From the NCBI GenBank assembly GCA_047495785.1, contig JBLDXI010000010.1, forward strand, positions 1,798,001 through 1,862,000: 64,000 nucleotides of DNA. The letters run 5' to 3'. Within the stretch, counting starts at the first letter, position 1; each line of letters starts with the position of its first letter. This DNA is from Lepidodermella squamata (taxonomy: Eukaryota; Animalia; Gastrotricha). The translations under genes were made by a program, and so were the position numbers. The notes under the pieces are model-generated. The model was not told the DNA's origin, searched no databases, and saw only the letters and a list, made by a program, of their open reading frames with translations. This document shows, piece by piece, positions 50,136 through 61,597 of the stretch.

Positions 50136-51073
50136 TTTTTGCTATGATCCAACGCTACTGTCCATTACTAGGCGTTATCTCCATAATTCATAGTAACAGC
50201 ATTTGCGTAGGGCCTTGCTTATCATATTTTCTAAATTTTTCAAGCTAAGATAAAGTCTGCGGTTCATGGTAGTACGAGTGGACTCTGAAAGATATCTACT
50301 ATGCGGTGATGAAAAAGCTACGCTGCTAGAATTTCAGATAGTATCAAGAGTAATAAAAGTCTGCCACCTGTTGCAATGAAGAGATTTACTACAGACAGGA
50401 TGGATGCAAATGATGATCACGAGCTGAGAATCAATAGGTTTCAAATGTTCATAGCTACTTAAATCGCAGACATACGTGACTTACAGCACAGAAACCGGAA
50501 AATGCGTTCAGGGTGGGCGTCGGGTATAATTGAAGGCAAGTCACAACTACAAATCATTAGCATTTTGCTTGGTTTTATCTTGAATGACGACTGTTGAACG
50601 ATAAGAACTGGATTGACATTAAATTCAGCTGCGGTTTCTCACGCTGGAAAATGTACTCTGGAGAGTATGATTACAATTTTAAGGTATATCAGTTTCAAGG
50701 GTCATTAACTAGAGTGGTTTGTTAATCACGCCATAGATCCCTAGATATTTTTGCACGATTTTTAATTCGGGATAATGCGTAGTGAGTGACCGAGTGCAAA
50801 TTACTGTATTTCGGTGTGGCAAGCCTAATAATATGAGCGTAAGAAACCATGCGAGATTCAAATGATACGGCATTGCTATTTTTTAGATCGACAACACCTT
50901 CATTCACTGGGGAGAACACAAATGAGTAGCTCTATTATATGATATGTAAATCAGTGGAATGTGAAATTGAGTGCTTCATTGTTCTATAAATAATCTGTTT
51001 TAAATTCGATTCACACAATTCTTTTATCGTTTTACATTATGCGAGAAAAAAATTGGCTCGAAATGTAAAAACT

Positions 51074-51173
51074 TGCTCCAGGCGAGGCTCGAACTCGCGA
51101 CCTTCGCATGTCTCAGCGTACATTCGAGTACTGCTTATAAGTACGACGCACTAACCAACTATGCAACTGGAGC
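51074..51173 (-). tRNA. tRNA-Ile(UAU) with 26-nt intron
   Basis: GCTCCAG/CTGGAGC acceptor stem, TCGTA-CT-TAT-A|intron|A-TGCGA anticodon arm, GTTCGAG T loop, downstream T5 Pol III terminator. Confidence 0.95.
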
Positions 51174-51471
51174 ACCCGAATTTTTATGATTCCAAACACT
51201 ACTTCACTACTACTAAAACCACATTCATGGTTATTTACAAGAGAATCACTAATAATCACTAATAACGTACTGTGCAAATTTCACTGGGGGATGGAGGAGT
51301 CATCCCCTAGCTCGGCCGGAACAGGCAACAAAATGTTCCAAATCCCACTTTGGGAGGTTTTAGTTCGTTTTAGTGGTCAACATTAAAAATATTGTCAAAT
51401 TCAGCAAAAAGTTATTTTCCATTCTCGGCAGTTCCGAGATCCAAGATCGCACCCTGAAAGTATCTCAAACA

Positions 51472-54400
51472 TTAGGATGCCATTTTGTAGATTAACGTAG
51501 CATTAGAGACGAATACCGTTGTTGAAGAACAGGCGAAAACCACTGAATCTATGATTCGAACATTGCACAGCCGGAAGAAGTCATTCACCTTCGACCCCCA
51601 TTTCGTAGCTGCGACGTAACACGCCACATGCATGTAAGCCGTGATTACAGTGCAGGCCGACATTTGGACGCAAATTAATGTGATGAGGTAAACGGTATCC
51701 GAAGTTTTTGGAATCTGCCCGTAGACGAAGGAAAGCAACACAGAGAAGGCCAGCACAACGGTTACGCTGAATGTAGGCCTGTCGGGGAAGCACATTTACG
51801 GATCCGCGGTGGTTTCCTCCGGTCACTAAAAAGCCGTGAAATGCTAGTTTTCTCTAACAATTAATTGCTCGCACGCTATTGGTCGATTCAAAAATAAGCG
51901 CGGGAGTCGCATTAATGCCGCGGCGAAACAAAATAACCGTCGACTTCACAGATTCATGGGTAATAATGCAGACCGGCGCAAATAAAAGAGCCTCATTTTC
52001 AGATGCAGTTAAAATAGGATTTTTTGTGAGAATGATTGGAACAAATTTCCAGAAAATTCAAAATCCAGTGAAATCAATAATTCAAAACAATGAGCAAAGC
52101 TGCGATTTTTTCACCCGAATGTCGACATTTCGCCTTCAACTCCCAGCTAAAAATTAGAATTATGTAATCGGCAAAAATCACCCAAATCGATCGCCAAAAA
52201 ATTCAACGAAAATTGTCAATTGAAAGCGCAGAAAAACTGGACCCAAAATTAAGCTGAACTTGATAATTAAATAAAAGCGGTTAAATAAATTAAACTGCGA
52301 ATTTGGACTATCAATAATTTTTTGATAAAACCGAGATTAAGTTTTTTCGTTATTCAAGAGTAAGGTTGTCATTACAAGTCATTACAGTATGACAGTTTAC
52401 GTTCATTCGCGCTCTCTTGGCCATAGTTTTTTCCTGCAGTGGTAATATCACATAGCAATAAAACTTGCTAACGCTATTTTTTTGCAACAAACAACCATTT
52501 CCACACAATAATTAATTAGGTCACTACAACAACAATTTATGAATGGCTTGCAGCCAGCTCAGTGTGCATTGCGATCATCTTACGGTTATTTCGACATAAT
52601 CGAACGATAAAATTGAGTCTTGGAAATGAAAAAAATAGGGGTAGCACTTTCCGCCGTTAAATTGAAAATTATAACTAATATGGAGACTATCGATTTCAAA
52701 GCAGTAAATGGATATTGGCTCTACGACAATTTAGCAATACAAAGATAAAATCTGGCATTTTATCTGCGAAATTTAATCAAAACAAAATAAAAAACGACAT
52801 TATATAAAACTTAAAACTAGGGCCGACAATTCGGCAATCTTAATTAAGCAAAGACATTTTAAAATAAATATTCATATGAATTTACTTATGTAGTAGCAAC
52901 GACTTCAACAAAGTAAGTCACGTAGGTAAAAAATTGCAAATCAGCAGCGCAACATATAGGTTTTTTTGATAATGAGTGAACCGACAAATTAGCGATATGA
53001 GTGCGGTTAGGTATGGTGAAGGTAGGTATGATAGAGGTATACATGGTGCTGCCGTGGGTGCTACCGTAGATCGGTAAGTTATAGCATTGATGGCCACTCC
53101 TGATCAAAGTCGACAAATGACTGCCTAAACAGCGTAGTTACATTCGATCTCCTAATTTCATCACTTCTGCTCAATTTTTGTACGTAAAGTTAGAAATGTT
53201 TTCTTGCGGAAATGGTGGTGAAATTAGTTACTTTTGAAAAAGTTTGTGTGAGATTTTATCGTCGCTGGATTGTCGTTCTCATTATTTCGCTCAAAATATA
53301 ATGTAATGTAATCAAGGCGATTTTTTTTAATTTTGTCGGAATTATTTGGGCTTTGCCAAATTGTCGTTTATTAAATTATTTTGCTAGATTGTCGTAAAGA
53401 GTGGATATTAGGTAATTTTTTATGATTTTGCAAAATGCCAAGGCGTGACATCTTTTTGCATCAAAGTGGTTTAAATTGCTTGCAAATCGAAGGCTTAACT
53501 TATTTTCTCCAATAACTTATTGCTAAATTTTCGAAATTCTTTCTAAATTTATTTTAGAGTAATTTTCACAAAAGTCGTTTTTTTACAGTTTGAAAGAATG
53601 TGGCTCTTAATATTTGCGTCGGCCTTGACTATTAGCCACAAGCCACAAATCTGTCAAGTCGGGGGTTGTTTTGTTTCACAGTGGCATTAGTGCGGTTCCC
53701 GCGTTTATTTTTGAATCGACCAATAGCGTGCGAGCAAATAATTGTTATGGAAAAATAGCCTTTCACGACCTTTTAGTGGCCGAAGAAAACCACCGCGGAT
53801 CCGTAAATGTGCGTCGGGGAATTCTGGGCTCATGATGAAGGCTGAGAATTGAAGGACTACCATAGCAGCTAGGGGTAGAAATATGTTAGCTATGTAGTAA
53901 TAATGCTGCCGTTGAAAGGCCAATGTGAACTTGACTCGCTCAAAATCCCCGCTATGATGATGGGTAGTGGTCAGAGAAGAGTTGAATTCTGATGTTAACG
54001 CAAGCCAGATTTCGCCATCTTGTAGAAAAGCATCGGAATTACTCATTGTGTGACTTGCGATTCTCGCTAAACTCGACCGGGTGAAACTCTCAACCTCAAT
54101 CGAGCAGATCATTATGTCGAATGGGAATTTTGATAGGGAAACGCCTTCACATGCTGTTTCTATCATCGTTTCGCCGTAGTAATTTACTGGGACAGGATAC
54201 TCATAAGCTTGAAACTCCACCCAATCGGTTAGTTTGTCAATCCAGTTAATTTCTCTCAAGTTGTTTACATGATGCAGACTGATGTGGAAGGTTTCAGATT
54301 TAGGCCGCCTGAAAGTCATTGTCGTCGCCAGATCCGAATGAATTGTGAGCTCACAGCCGACCTTTGGCATGATCCAAGTAACCACAAATGCAGCTTTTAC

Positions 54401-54702
54401 CGATAGGCTAGGTGGAAGTGGTAAAACTTATTGGACAGGCATGGCATTACTTACCTTTGTCGAAGGTCGTCGATTTCTTTGACGCGAAAAAGGAATAAAT
54501 CCAATCGCACTTCAATTGGGAGCTCATCTTCTCTGTTCTGAAGATCTAGATCTCCAATCAGATTACGCGACTTTGCTAGAGGGCAATCCTCGTCAAAAAA
54601 CTTGGCCGTGGGATCTGCGTAAGTGAGGTTAGACACTTCAGATTTGCGTCCACTTGTGTTTTGTAGAAGAACAATCGCAATGAAATAAGGCTTTAGAATC
54701 AT
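51472..54702 (-). pseudogene. Cys-loop channel subunit (pLGIC-J) interrupted by a transposon in the M1-M2 linker
   Basis: Exon 1 54702-54455; exon 2 runs to ..MSPEFPD, is interrupted, and resumes FPDRPTFSVTVVLAF at 51789-51472; close paralog of K. Confidence 0.9.
51790..53812. mobile_element. Non-autonomous Mutator-like (MULE) DNA transposon, 2023 bp
   Basis: ~250-bp imperfect TIRs starting GCACATTTACGGATCCGCGGTGGTTT; 9-bp TSD GTCGGGGAA (51781-51789 and 53813-53821); AT-rich interior with no transposase ORF. Confidence 0.93.
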
Positions 54703-55081
54703 GACACGTAGCGTTTCGCGGTAGAATGAGAGAAATAATCGAAAATTCCATTATTCAGCCGTACGGCGCCGGATATTGAGACGTGGTGAGTTCAAACATC
54801 AACACTGCAGTCCAATATTTTGAGCTGTGCGGATTGTCGCAGCAATTGTCAACTTTGTGGAATCGTAAGCCTGATTATTTGTTACCTTTGATCAATCCCA
54901 GCCGGAAATCATGCACGTCTTCCCACGCAATACAGAAAAAACCTGCTCTAGGCGAAGCACTAAACAACTGTGCAACTCGAGCATGTTGACCTCAAGGAAA
55001 CAAAAATACTTAAAAAGTTATCAACCAATCTAGGCGAACTTTATTCAAAACATTTGGATATCAGAGCTTCACAAGTTCAAT

Positions 55082-55410
55082 CAGTGACATCGATTTGATT
55101 TTATATGATTTATTACGTAAATCGCAGGTCTTCTTAAATCAACCATTTCAAATCAAAACCCCAAAAATCCATGGCAAATCAACCAAATCATATCATAGGA
55201 GACCAGCTAAAATCAAATAAAATCAAATCTTTCGCATAGAGAAACATTATTATGAGAGTACATTTCTAAGGATTCTTTCTTATTTTAAGGTTGCTTCTGA
55301 CAGAATGAGTCTAAAAAAGTGGCTGAATTGCTCCAGACTTTGGAGTCCCATAAGATTCGTTTGCAAATCTAATCATCGCGAGAATTTTGCAAATCAACTC
55401 AGATCAAAGT
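55082..55410. mobile_element. Degenerate relative of the hAT-type MITE at 56816
   Basis: Starts CAGTGACATCGATTTGATTTT and carries repeated AAATCA motifs; right end and TSD unclear. Confidence 0.4.
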
Positions 55411-55510
55411 CTACCAGCTAAAATGAGAAATTATTCGTAACATTTCCTTAATATGATGAATGCGTGAAAACGCGCAAATCAAGCGTAAATAGGGAGGAAT
55501 TCGCCAGAGA

Positions 55511-56706
55511 TTAGGATATCATCTTGTGAATTAATACGGTATCGGCGATGATGAGCATCAATGTCGAAACTGTGAACACTGCCATATCTAGGCATCGCAC
55601 ATTCGTTACCAAGAAGTAATTGTTTATCTGCAGTCCCCATTTTGTAGCTGCGACGCTGCAAGCCACGTGCATGTAAACCGTGATGACAGTGCATGCTGTC
55701 ATTTGAACGCAAATCATGGTGACAAGGTGAACTGTTTCCGATGTCTTCGGAATCTGCCCATAGACAATAGAAAGGAGAACAGTGAAGGCTAACACAACAC
55801 TTATGCTGAATGTTGGCCGGTCTGGGAATTCCGGGATCATGATGAAGGCCGAGAATTGAAGGACTACCATGGCTGCAAGGGGTAGAAATATGTTTGCTAT
55901 GTAGTAATGGTGTTGCCGTTGAAAAGCCATTGTAAACTTGACTCGCTCCAATGCAGCGCCATGATGATAGGTAGTGGTCAGAGAAGAGTTGAATTCTGAT
56001 GTTAACGCAAGCCAGATTTCGCCATCTTGCAGTATAGCGTCTGTGTAGCTAATCGTATGCCGGGTGATCCTGGCGTAGCTAGCATTAGCCCAACTTTCTA
56101 AGTCGATTGAGCACGTCATCTTATCGAAGGGGAACTTAGCTAGAGAGAAACCATCGCAAGCTGTTTCAACTAAGGTTTCCCCGAAGTAAGTAGCGCGAAC
56201 TGGGGATTGATTCGGTTGAAACTCAACCCAGTTTTGAAGGTCCTGGATCCAATTTGATCCTTTCAACGTGTTCACATGTTGCAGACCGATGTAGTAGGTT
56301 TCGGATTTCGGCCGCCGGAATCTTACCATTGTCGACAATTCCGGTACATTTAAAGGCTTACAGCCGAATTCGGGCATAAGCCAGGTTACGCCTAATGATG
56401 CTTTTGTTGATAGACTGGGATAATCATTAAATAAATATTGAATATTAGTTAGATTTATTGCTACCTTTGCTGAAGGTCATCAATGTCCTTGATACGAAAA
56501 ATGAATAGGTCAATCCATACTTCAATCGGGAATTCATTCTCTCGGCCTTGAAGATCGAGATCTGCAATTAGGTCCAGCGACTTGGACAGAGGGCAATCCT
56601 CGTTAAAAAACTTGGCCGCTAGATCTCTGAAAGTGAGGTTAGAATTCGAAATTTGCGTTGAGATTTGCTCGAACGCAACAGTAAAAAATATCAGATTTAT
56701 TAACAT
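55511..56706 (-). CDS. Divergent Cys-loop channel subunit (pLGIC-K), 2 exons
   Basis: C-DGFSLAKFPFDKMT-C, ESW, FQRQHHYY, M2 PDRPTFSISVVLAF. Confidence 0.92.
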
Positions 56707-56815
56707 TTCGACTTGCTCTGCTCAACAAAAAATTGAACTGCATCTAAAGCTATGGTTGATATCCAATTCAATCCCGGCAACGGATATTAATCTTCGGCGC
56801 CATCCACCTTCAAAG

Positions 56816-57224
56816 CAGAGCTTTGGATTTGATTTTATTTTATTTACGGCTTAAATCACGGACCTACTTCAATCAATCAAAATCAATCATTGCCCACTTT
56901 TCCAGGACTAAATCAATCAAATCAAATCATCGACAACCATAAATCACAATAAATCGCGAATCATCGGGATTTTCAAGAAGCTGGGGGCTTGGAAGTTTCA
57001 AGAAATGATTGAAATAACGCGAATTTGAAGTAACTGTCTCTTTCCATAGTAAAATTTCATCAAAAAGGAGGAGAGATCTTGGTTTCGCGTTATCAAGTTT
57101 TTCGATTGCGCCACCATGGCTAAATCAAAATCAATCAAATCTAAATGCTTCCCCGTGTAAATCAATCATTTTTAATCTAAATCAGTGAAAATAGGGTCTG
57201 AATCAAATCAAATCCAAAGCACTG
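56816..57224. mobile_element. hAT-type MITE, 409 bp
   Basis: TIR CAG(A/T)GCTTTGGATTTGATTT; 8-bp TSD CTTCAAAG (56808-56815 and 57225-57232); internal AAATCA repeats. Confidence 0.9.
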
Positions 57225-57480
57225 CTTCAAAGCCAATCCATTATTTTGCTTCAAACTGTTGTTTACGGCAAACAAGTAGGACCACGGAACTGGCAGGGAC
57301 TAGAAAAATCGATAAGGGTCCCCCTTTGGCCCTCACTGGCAGGGATGATTCCTACCATCCCTAGCGGTACTTCGCTCTCTGCTTTGTCCAGCCGACAGTT
57401 CAGAAGCAATGTTCAGCAAATCTCAGATTTATTCATTCTTCGAAGCCTAATCAAATAAATCAGTCAAAAACTAGGCGGAT

Positions 57481-58635
57481 TTAAGACAAGGTAAGAATAA
57501 TCACAGAGCCATATTTTTCGAGGATAACTGCGCTGATGAACAGCGCGGCGCCCAACACACCGGATCCAATCAGAGTGCTCGCTCGGAATCCAAGATAACC
57601 GATCCATTCAATGAAAATGATAGCGAAAAAGCAGAAAACTATACTGGCAGCGACTTTCATATTCCAGAAAAAGTAGCCGAGAATCGACAGGACGAACACG
57701 CCGATGAATGTGCCCAGGTAAACTTGCGTCTTCATGCCCCTCATAAATGGCGAGGATCCGACGAGAAGGCCAACGCACATGCCCATCGTGCAGTAGTATT
57801 GAACTCCGCCATCGAAGTATCGAAGATAGTCATCGAACATGTTGTAGTAATGAAAGAAGCCGTATGTTACAATAGCCGCTAGGTGACCAAAGACTACAGC
57901 GCCAAGCATATCTCGTTCAAAGTACAAAAACAAGATTCCTGGGACGTAGATCAAGCCGAAAGAGAAGACTCCAGATAGGCTGACTGAGGCGAAAAAGCCA
58001 AAGACACTGGACTTGTAAACAATGGCAAGGATGGCGAAGTAGACCATGATCCAAAAGCTGCCAATGCTTTCTTTCGGCAATTTCAGTCTCTGGAATCGCA
58101 GAATGATAGCTTTAATTCGATTCTCGATTTCTCTATGAGTAGCAACGATCCAGTAAAGAATCATCAAATTGGCAAAAGAGCAAAATAAGGCGATGTAGAA
58201 AAATTGGGAAGGCCAAATTCGTTGCGGTGCGATCGTTCCGACGAGTGAGAAAAGCAGAAATGAAGCTTGGTAATATTCCACCGGGACTTCGAGGATTAAT
58301 CGGAACAGTCCCTCTCCGATTTTACGAATGAACCCGCCAAACGTGAATAGGAGCAGTATCACAGCGCAGACTTTGATGAAGTTGATGAAGGAGAGGTATT
58401 CTAGCCATGAAATTGAGTTTTGGTCGTGTTTGCTTGGTTGGCCTGATACATACAGGCTTTCGTCAGCCTTTGCGATGTATTTTCCGGCAGCTTCACTGGC
58501 AAGACGCTCGCTGAGGTAGCCGTCATGTTTCAGCTTGGTTAGAAGTTGCAGTTTGACGTCTGCGATCGTTCGGCCTTGATCGTTGGCTGAACAGACCGAT
58601 AATATCAGGCATAGGATTAAGTTCAGCCTAAACAT
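57481..58635 (-). CDS. Intronless orphan multi-pass membrane protein (~10-11 TM, signal peptide)
   Basis: 384-aa uninterrupted ORF with many hydrophobic helices; no recognisable animal family motif. Confidence 0.8.
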   Translation of the reverse strand: MFRLNLILCLILSVCSANDQGRTIADVKLQLLTKLKHDGYLSERLASEAAGKYIAKADESLYVSGQPSKHDQNSISWLEYLSFINFIKVCAVILLLFTFGGFIRKIGEGLFRLILEVPVEYYQASFLLFSLVGTIAPQRIWPSQFFYIALFCSFANLMILYWIVATHREIENRIKAIILRFQRLKLPKESIGSFWIMVYFAILAIVYKSSVFGFFASVSLSGVFSFGLIYVPGILFLYFERDMLGAVVFGHLAAIVTYGFFHYYNMFDDYLRYFDGGVQYYCTMGMCVGLLVGSSPFMRGMKTQVYLGTFIGVFVLSILGYFFWNMKVAASIVFCFFAIIFIEWIGYLGFRASTLIGSGVLGAALFISAVILEKYGSVIILTLS

Positions 58636-59039
58636 CTCAAGTAACAAAACCTAAATGGCAGATAACTTCTCAGGTTAACCATTTATGCGAGTAAAACATG
58701 TCTTATCAGCCAGAAAAGTAACGTTGTTCTTGTAATCTAAGAGATATCCCTGGGCATTTGCAAACACGCAGAAGAGTATGCGAATACTGTTGTAGTAAAA
58801 TGAATGGATAAATATGAAAGCATGTGTGTATATTGCATCTGTGTATTGAGTGTGTATTGAGTGTGTAGTAAATGCAAAAATACGAGGCACTGAAAAAATG
58901 CGTTCTAATGATTCATACTACACGCATGTGTGTGCTTTAGGATGAATCATGCTCTACAGCAGGCACCGAGATCCGAGATCGATATTTACGAGCTATTTTT
59001 ATATATTGATTAATTTGTGTCTGTGTGAAAAACTGGTTG

Positions 59040-59300
59040 ATGCCACGCAGGATGCAGATTGGAGCAGTCCCCTACTCCGGTGGCGCGCCAACTTTTTAAA
59101 CTACCGGCGACTTTGTCGGCCGGAAAGTTCCCTGGCCGGCCGCAACACTCTTGGCGACTCCAACAGGCTACACTGCCAGAATATTTTGACATGTCATCAT
59201 TGATTCCCTGTCTTGGTACCAGTCTTGGGCCGCTTGCAGACTACAGACGATTTTCAAATTGCGAGACTGTATACCACGATTGATCAGCCCCAACCCATTG
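59040..59300 (+). mobile_element. Possible highly decayed LINE ORF2 fragment
   Basis: QQATLPEYFDMSSLIP..LADYRRFS loosely resembles the G.VP..K.S.I.P...L.DYRP.S pre-RT motif. Confidence 0.3.
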
Positions 59301-59879
59301 TTCCAAATATTTCAAATCACGGTTCAGGGACTATAGAATCTCTCCGTTTTATCAACTACTCTACTAGCCTGCAGCCTGCCGGTGGCTTACCTGAGGCATT
59401 CATGTCCCATGGGGATTAAATGGGGCTCATTTATGTAGAAAGAACTGCATGGATACTGATGAAAAGCTGGGGAAGCTAGGAAGGTAACCAGGTTTGAGGC
59501 ATCCCAATCGGTCGGGAACATTTCCAAGTAGCGGTGTTAGTCGTCGGTGTTTGTTAGAGAGGAGAAGGCATTCGATATTTTACATCTAGTGAGTGAGTAT
59601 TATGCGCATTCCGACGTCCACGGAGCGTGTCAAATTAAATTAATACTTCAAAACGGATAAAGAGAAGCAGCTAAGAGTTCTCGCTCCAAGTGATGGAAAT
59701 AATGCTGACAACTTCGACCAATTTTAACCTCAATATTGTGGTGTAGAAGATGCCTCTCATCACAAGGCTTTTAAGGTTATCGCCCCCTTTGCTGCTTTAA
59801 TCAGCTCGGAAGTCTTCGTTTTAAGGTGAATACTCTACCCTATCAAGAGTATTCATTGTTGCAACGATTCAAGGTTAGT

Positions 59880-61063
59880 TCACAACATCATTTTAGCGAT
59901 ATGATATCCATCGGCAATAGCGAGAAGCAAAATGGTCATAACAAGCACAGTTAGGTCCATCAGTCTAACATTAGCCAGACCTGTCAGCACATTGACCTTC
60001 GATCCCCATACAGTTGTAGCAATACTACCTGCAATAAGCATGTAGATGGTAACAAAAACACAAGCCATCATTTGAAAGCATATCAATGTGATAAGATGCA
60101 CAGAATCAGAGGTTTTCGGAATTTGCTCATAAACTATCGACAACAGTACGAAGAACGCTAACACGACAGTTATGCAATAAGTTGGCCGGTCTGGCAACTC
60201 AGGGCTCATGATGAAGGCTGATAGTTGTAGGAGAATCAGAACAACTAGTGGCATAATTACATTCCCAATATAGTACTGATATTTCCGCTGGAATGCGAGC
60301 TGATATTTGATCTGGGTGAAATCATCCGTGAGAAACATAGATTTGCTGAATTCCGATGTTAAGGCAAGCCAAATATTGCCTCCTTTCAGGATATTATTTG
60401 AATGTTCAAAAGTAATGTTGCCAACCGCGACCCTATCGGAAGTGAAAGGTATCTCCAAGTCGATGGAACATAGCATTTTATCAAATGGGAAATTCGAAAG
60501 AGATCCGTCGCAGGAAGTCTCGAAAAGTACCTGATTGTAAAACGTGGCTTCAACATGGCGATTGCTTTCGAAAAACTCGACCCAATCAGTTATCTTTTCC
60601 ATCCAAGTCGCGTCGTTCAGTGAATTAAGATGAGTTGGAGTTATGGACCATGTCTCAGATTTAGGTAGTCGAAATGTCAGATGGCTGTAATCATCGTCAT
60701 CGAAACCTTTACAGCCGAATTCTGGCAAAACCCAGCTGATACCAATGATCGACATTAAAGACAAACTGGAAAAGCGCGATAAGTCTCAAAACCAAATTAT
60801 TTATTGCGTGTTCACCTCTGCTGCAAATCATCTATGCCTATAACTTGCTGTATTGTTATCTCGATTGAGATGTTTAGAGGGAGCCCTTGGCCGTAAAGGT
60901 CGATTTCATCCACTAATTTTCGTGATTTTGCGATAACGCATTTCGAATTGAAAAATTCATTTTCCAGCTCGACGTGGCGAAGTTGAAAAGTTTCAACTCC
61001 GTGCAAATCAACAGCGCTGACAACCACATATAAAATAATGAACTGAGTAACGGTCGCAAACAT
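59880..61063 (-). CDS. Divergent Cys-loop channel subunit (pLGIC-L), 2 exons
   Basis: C-DGSLSNFPFDKML-C, FQRKYQYY, M2 PDRPTYCITVVLAF; closest to A. Confidence 0.92.
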
Positions 61064-61299
61064 TATTGAAAGCTAGATAAGTTTTCAGTGGCTTCAGCTC
61101 TGATATATTTCATCTACTAACTCGATTGCGGAAGTTAAATTCGGCTGTCAGGCAATTTCGAGCCGTTCTTCGATAGATGAGAATTCAGGCAAGCTGTACA
61201 AAAATGCTTTTTCTATCAAAGGCTGCACTGTTGTGTCAATACACAATAAATAATGGCTATCGCGCTTCGATATATTTCATTTCCGCAATAGAAAAAATT

Positions 61300-61399
61300 T
61301 GCTCCAGGCGAGGCTCGAACTCGCGACCTTCGCATATCTCAGCGTACATTCGAGTACTGCTTATAAGTACGACGCACTAACCAACTATGCAACTGGAGC
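61300..61399 (-). tRNA. tRNA-Ile(UAU) with 26-nt intron (second copy)
   Basis: Identical to 51074-51173 except one intronic base; T6 terminator downstream. Confidence 0.95.
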
Positions 61400-61597
61400 A
61401 CCTGGGAACAAAGGTGATTAAAGTACCATAAGCGTCATCAAACCATGATCCTACTTTCTTTCTCACAGTCAAAACTATCAATTACTTAAGTTCATTTCGG
61501 AAAAAATACAATAGAATATAGTAATTTTTATTCTGGATATGGAAGACAATTTATTGAATATTCGACGAGTCACAAGTCACAATTTTAGAAAATATTT

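Noticed and set aside
51790-53812. Idea that the MULE is cleanly spliced out as an intron
   Set aside because: An acceptor-like TTCCCCGACAG follows the element, but no frame-compatible donor was found at the other end.
3051-61063. Assigning nAChR or GABA receptor gene symbols to the channels
   Set aside because: Diagnostic ligand-binding residues are absent; orthology cannot be supported without a phylogeny.
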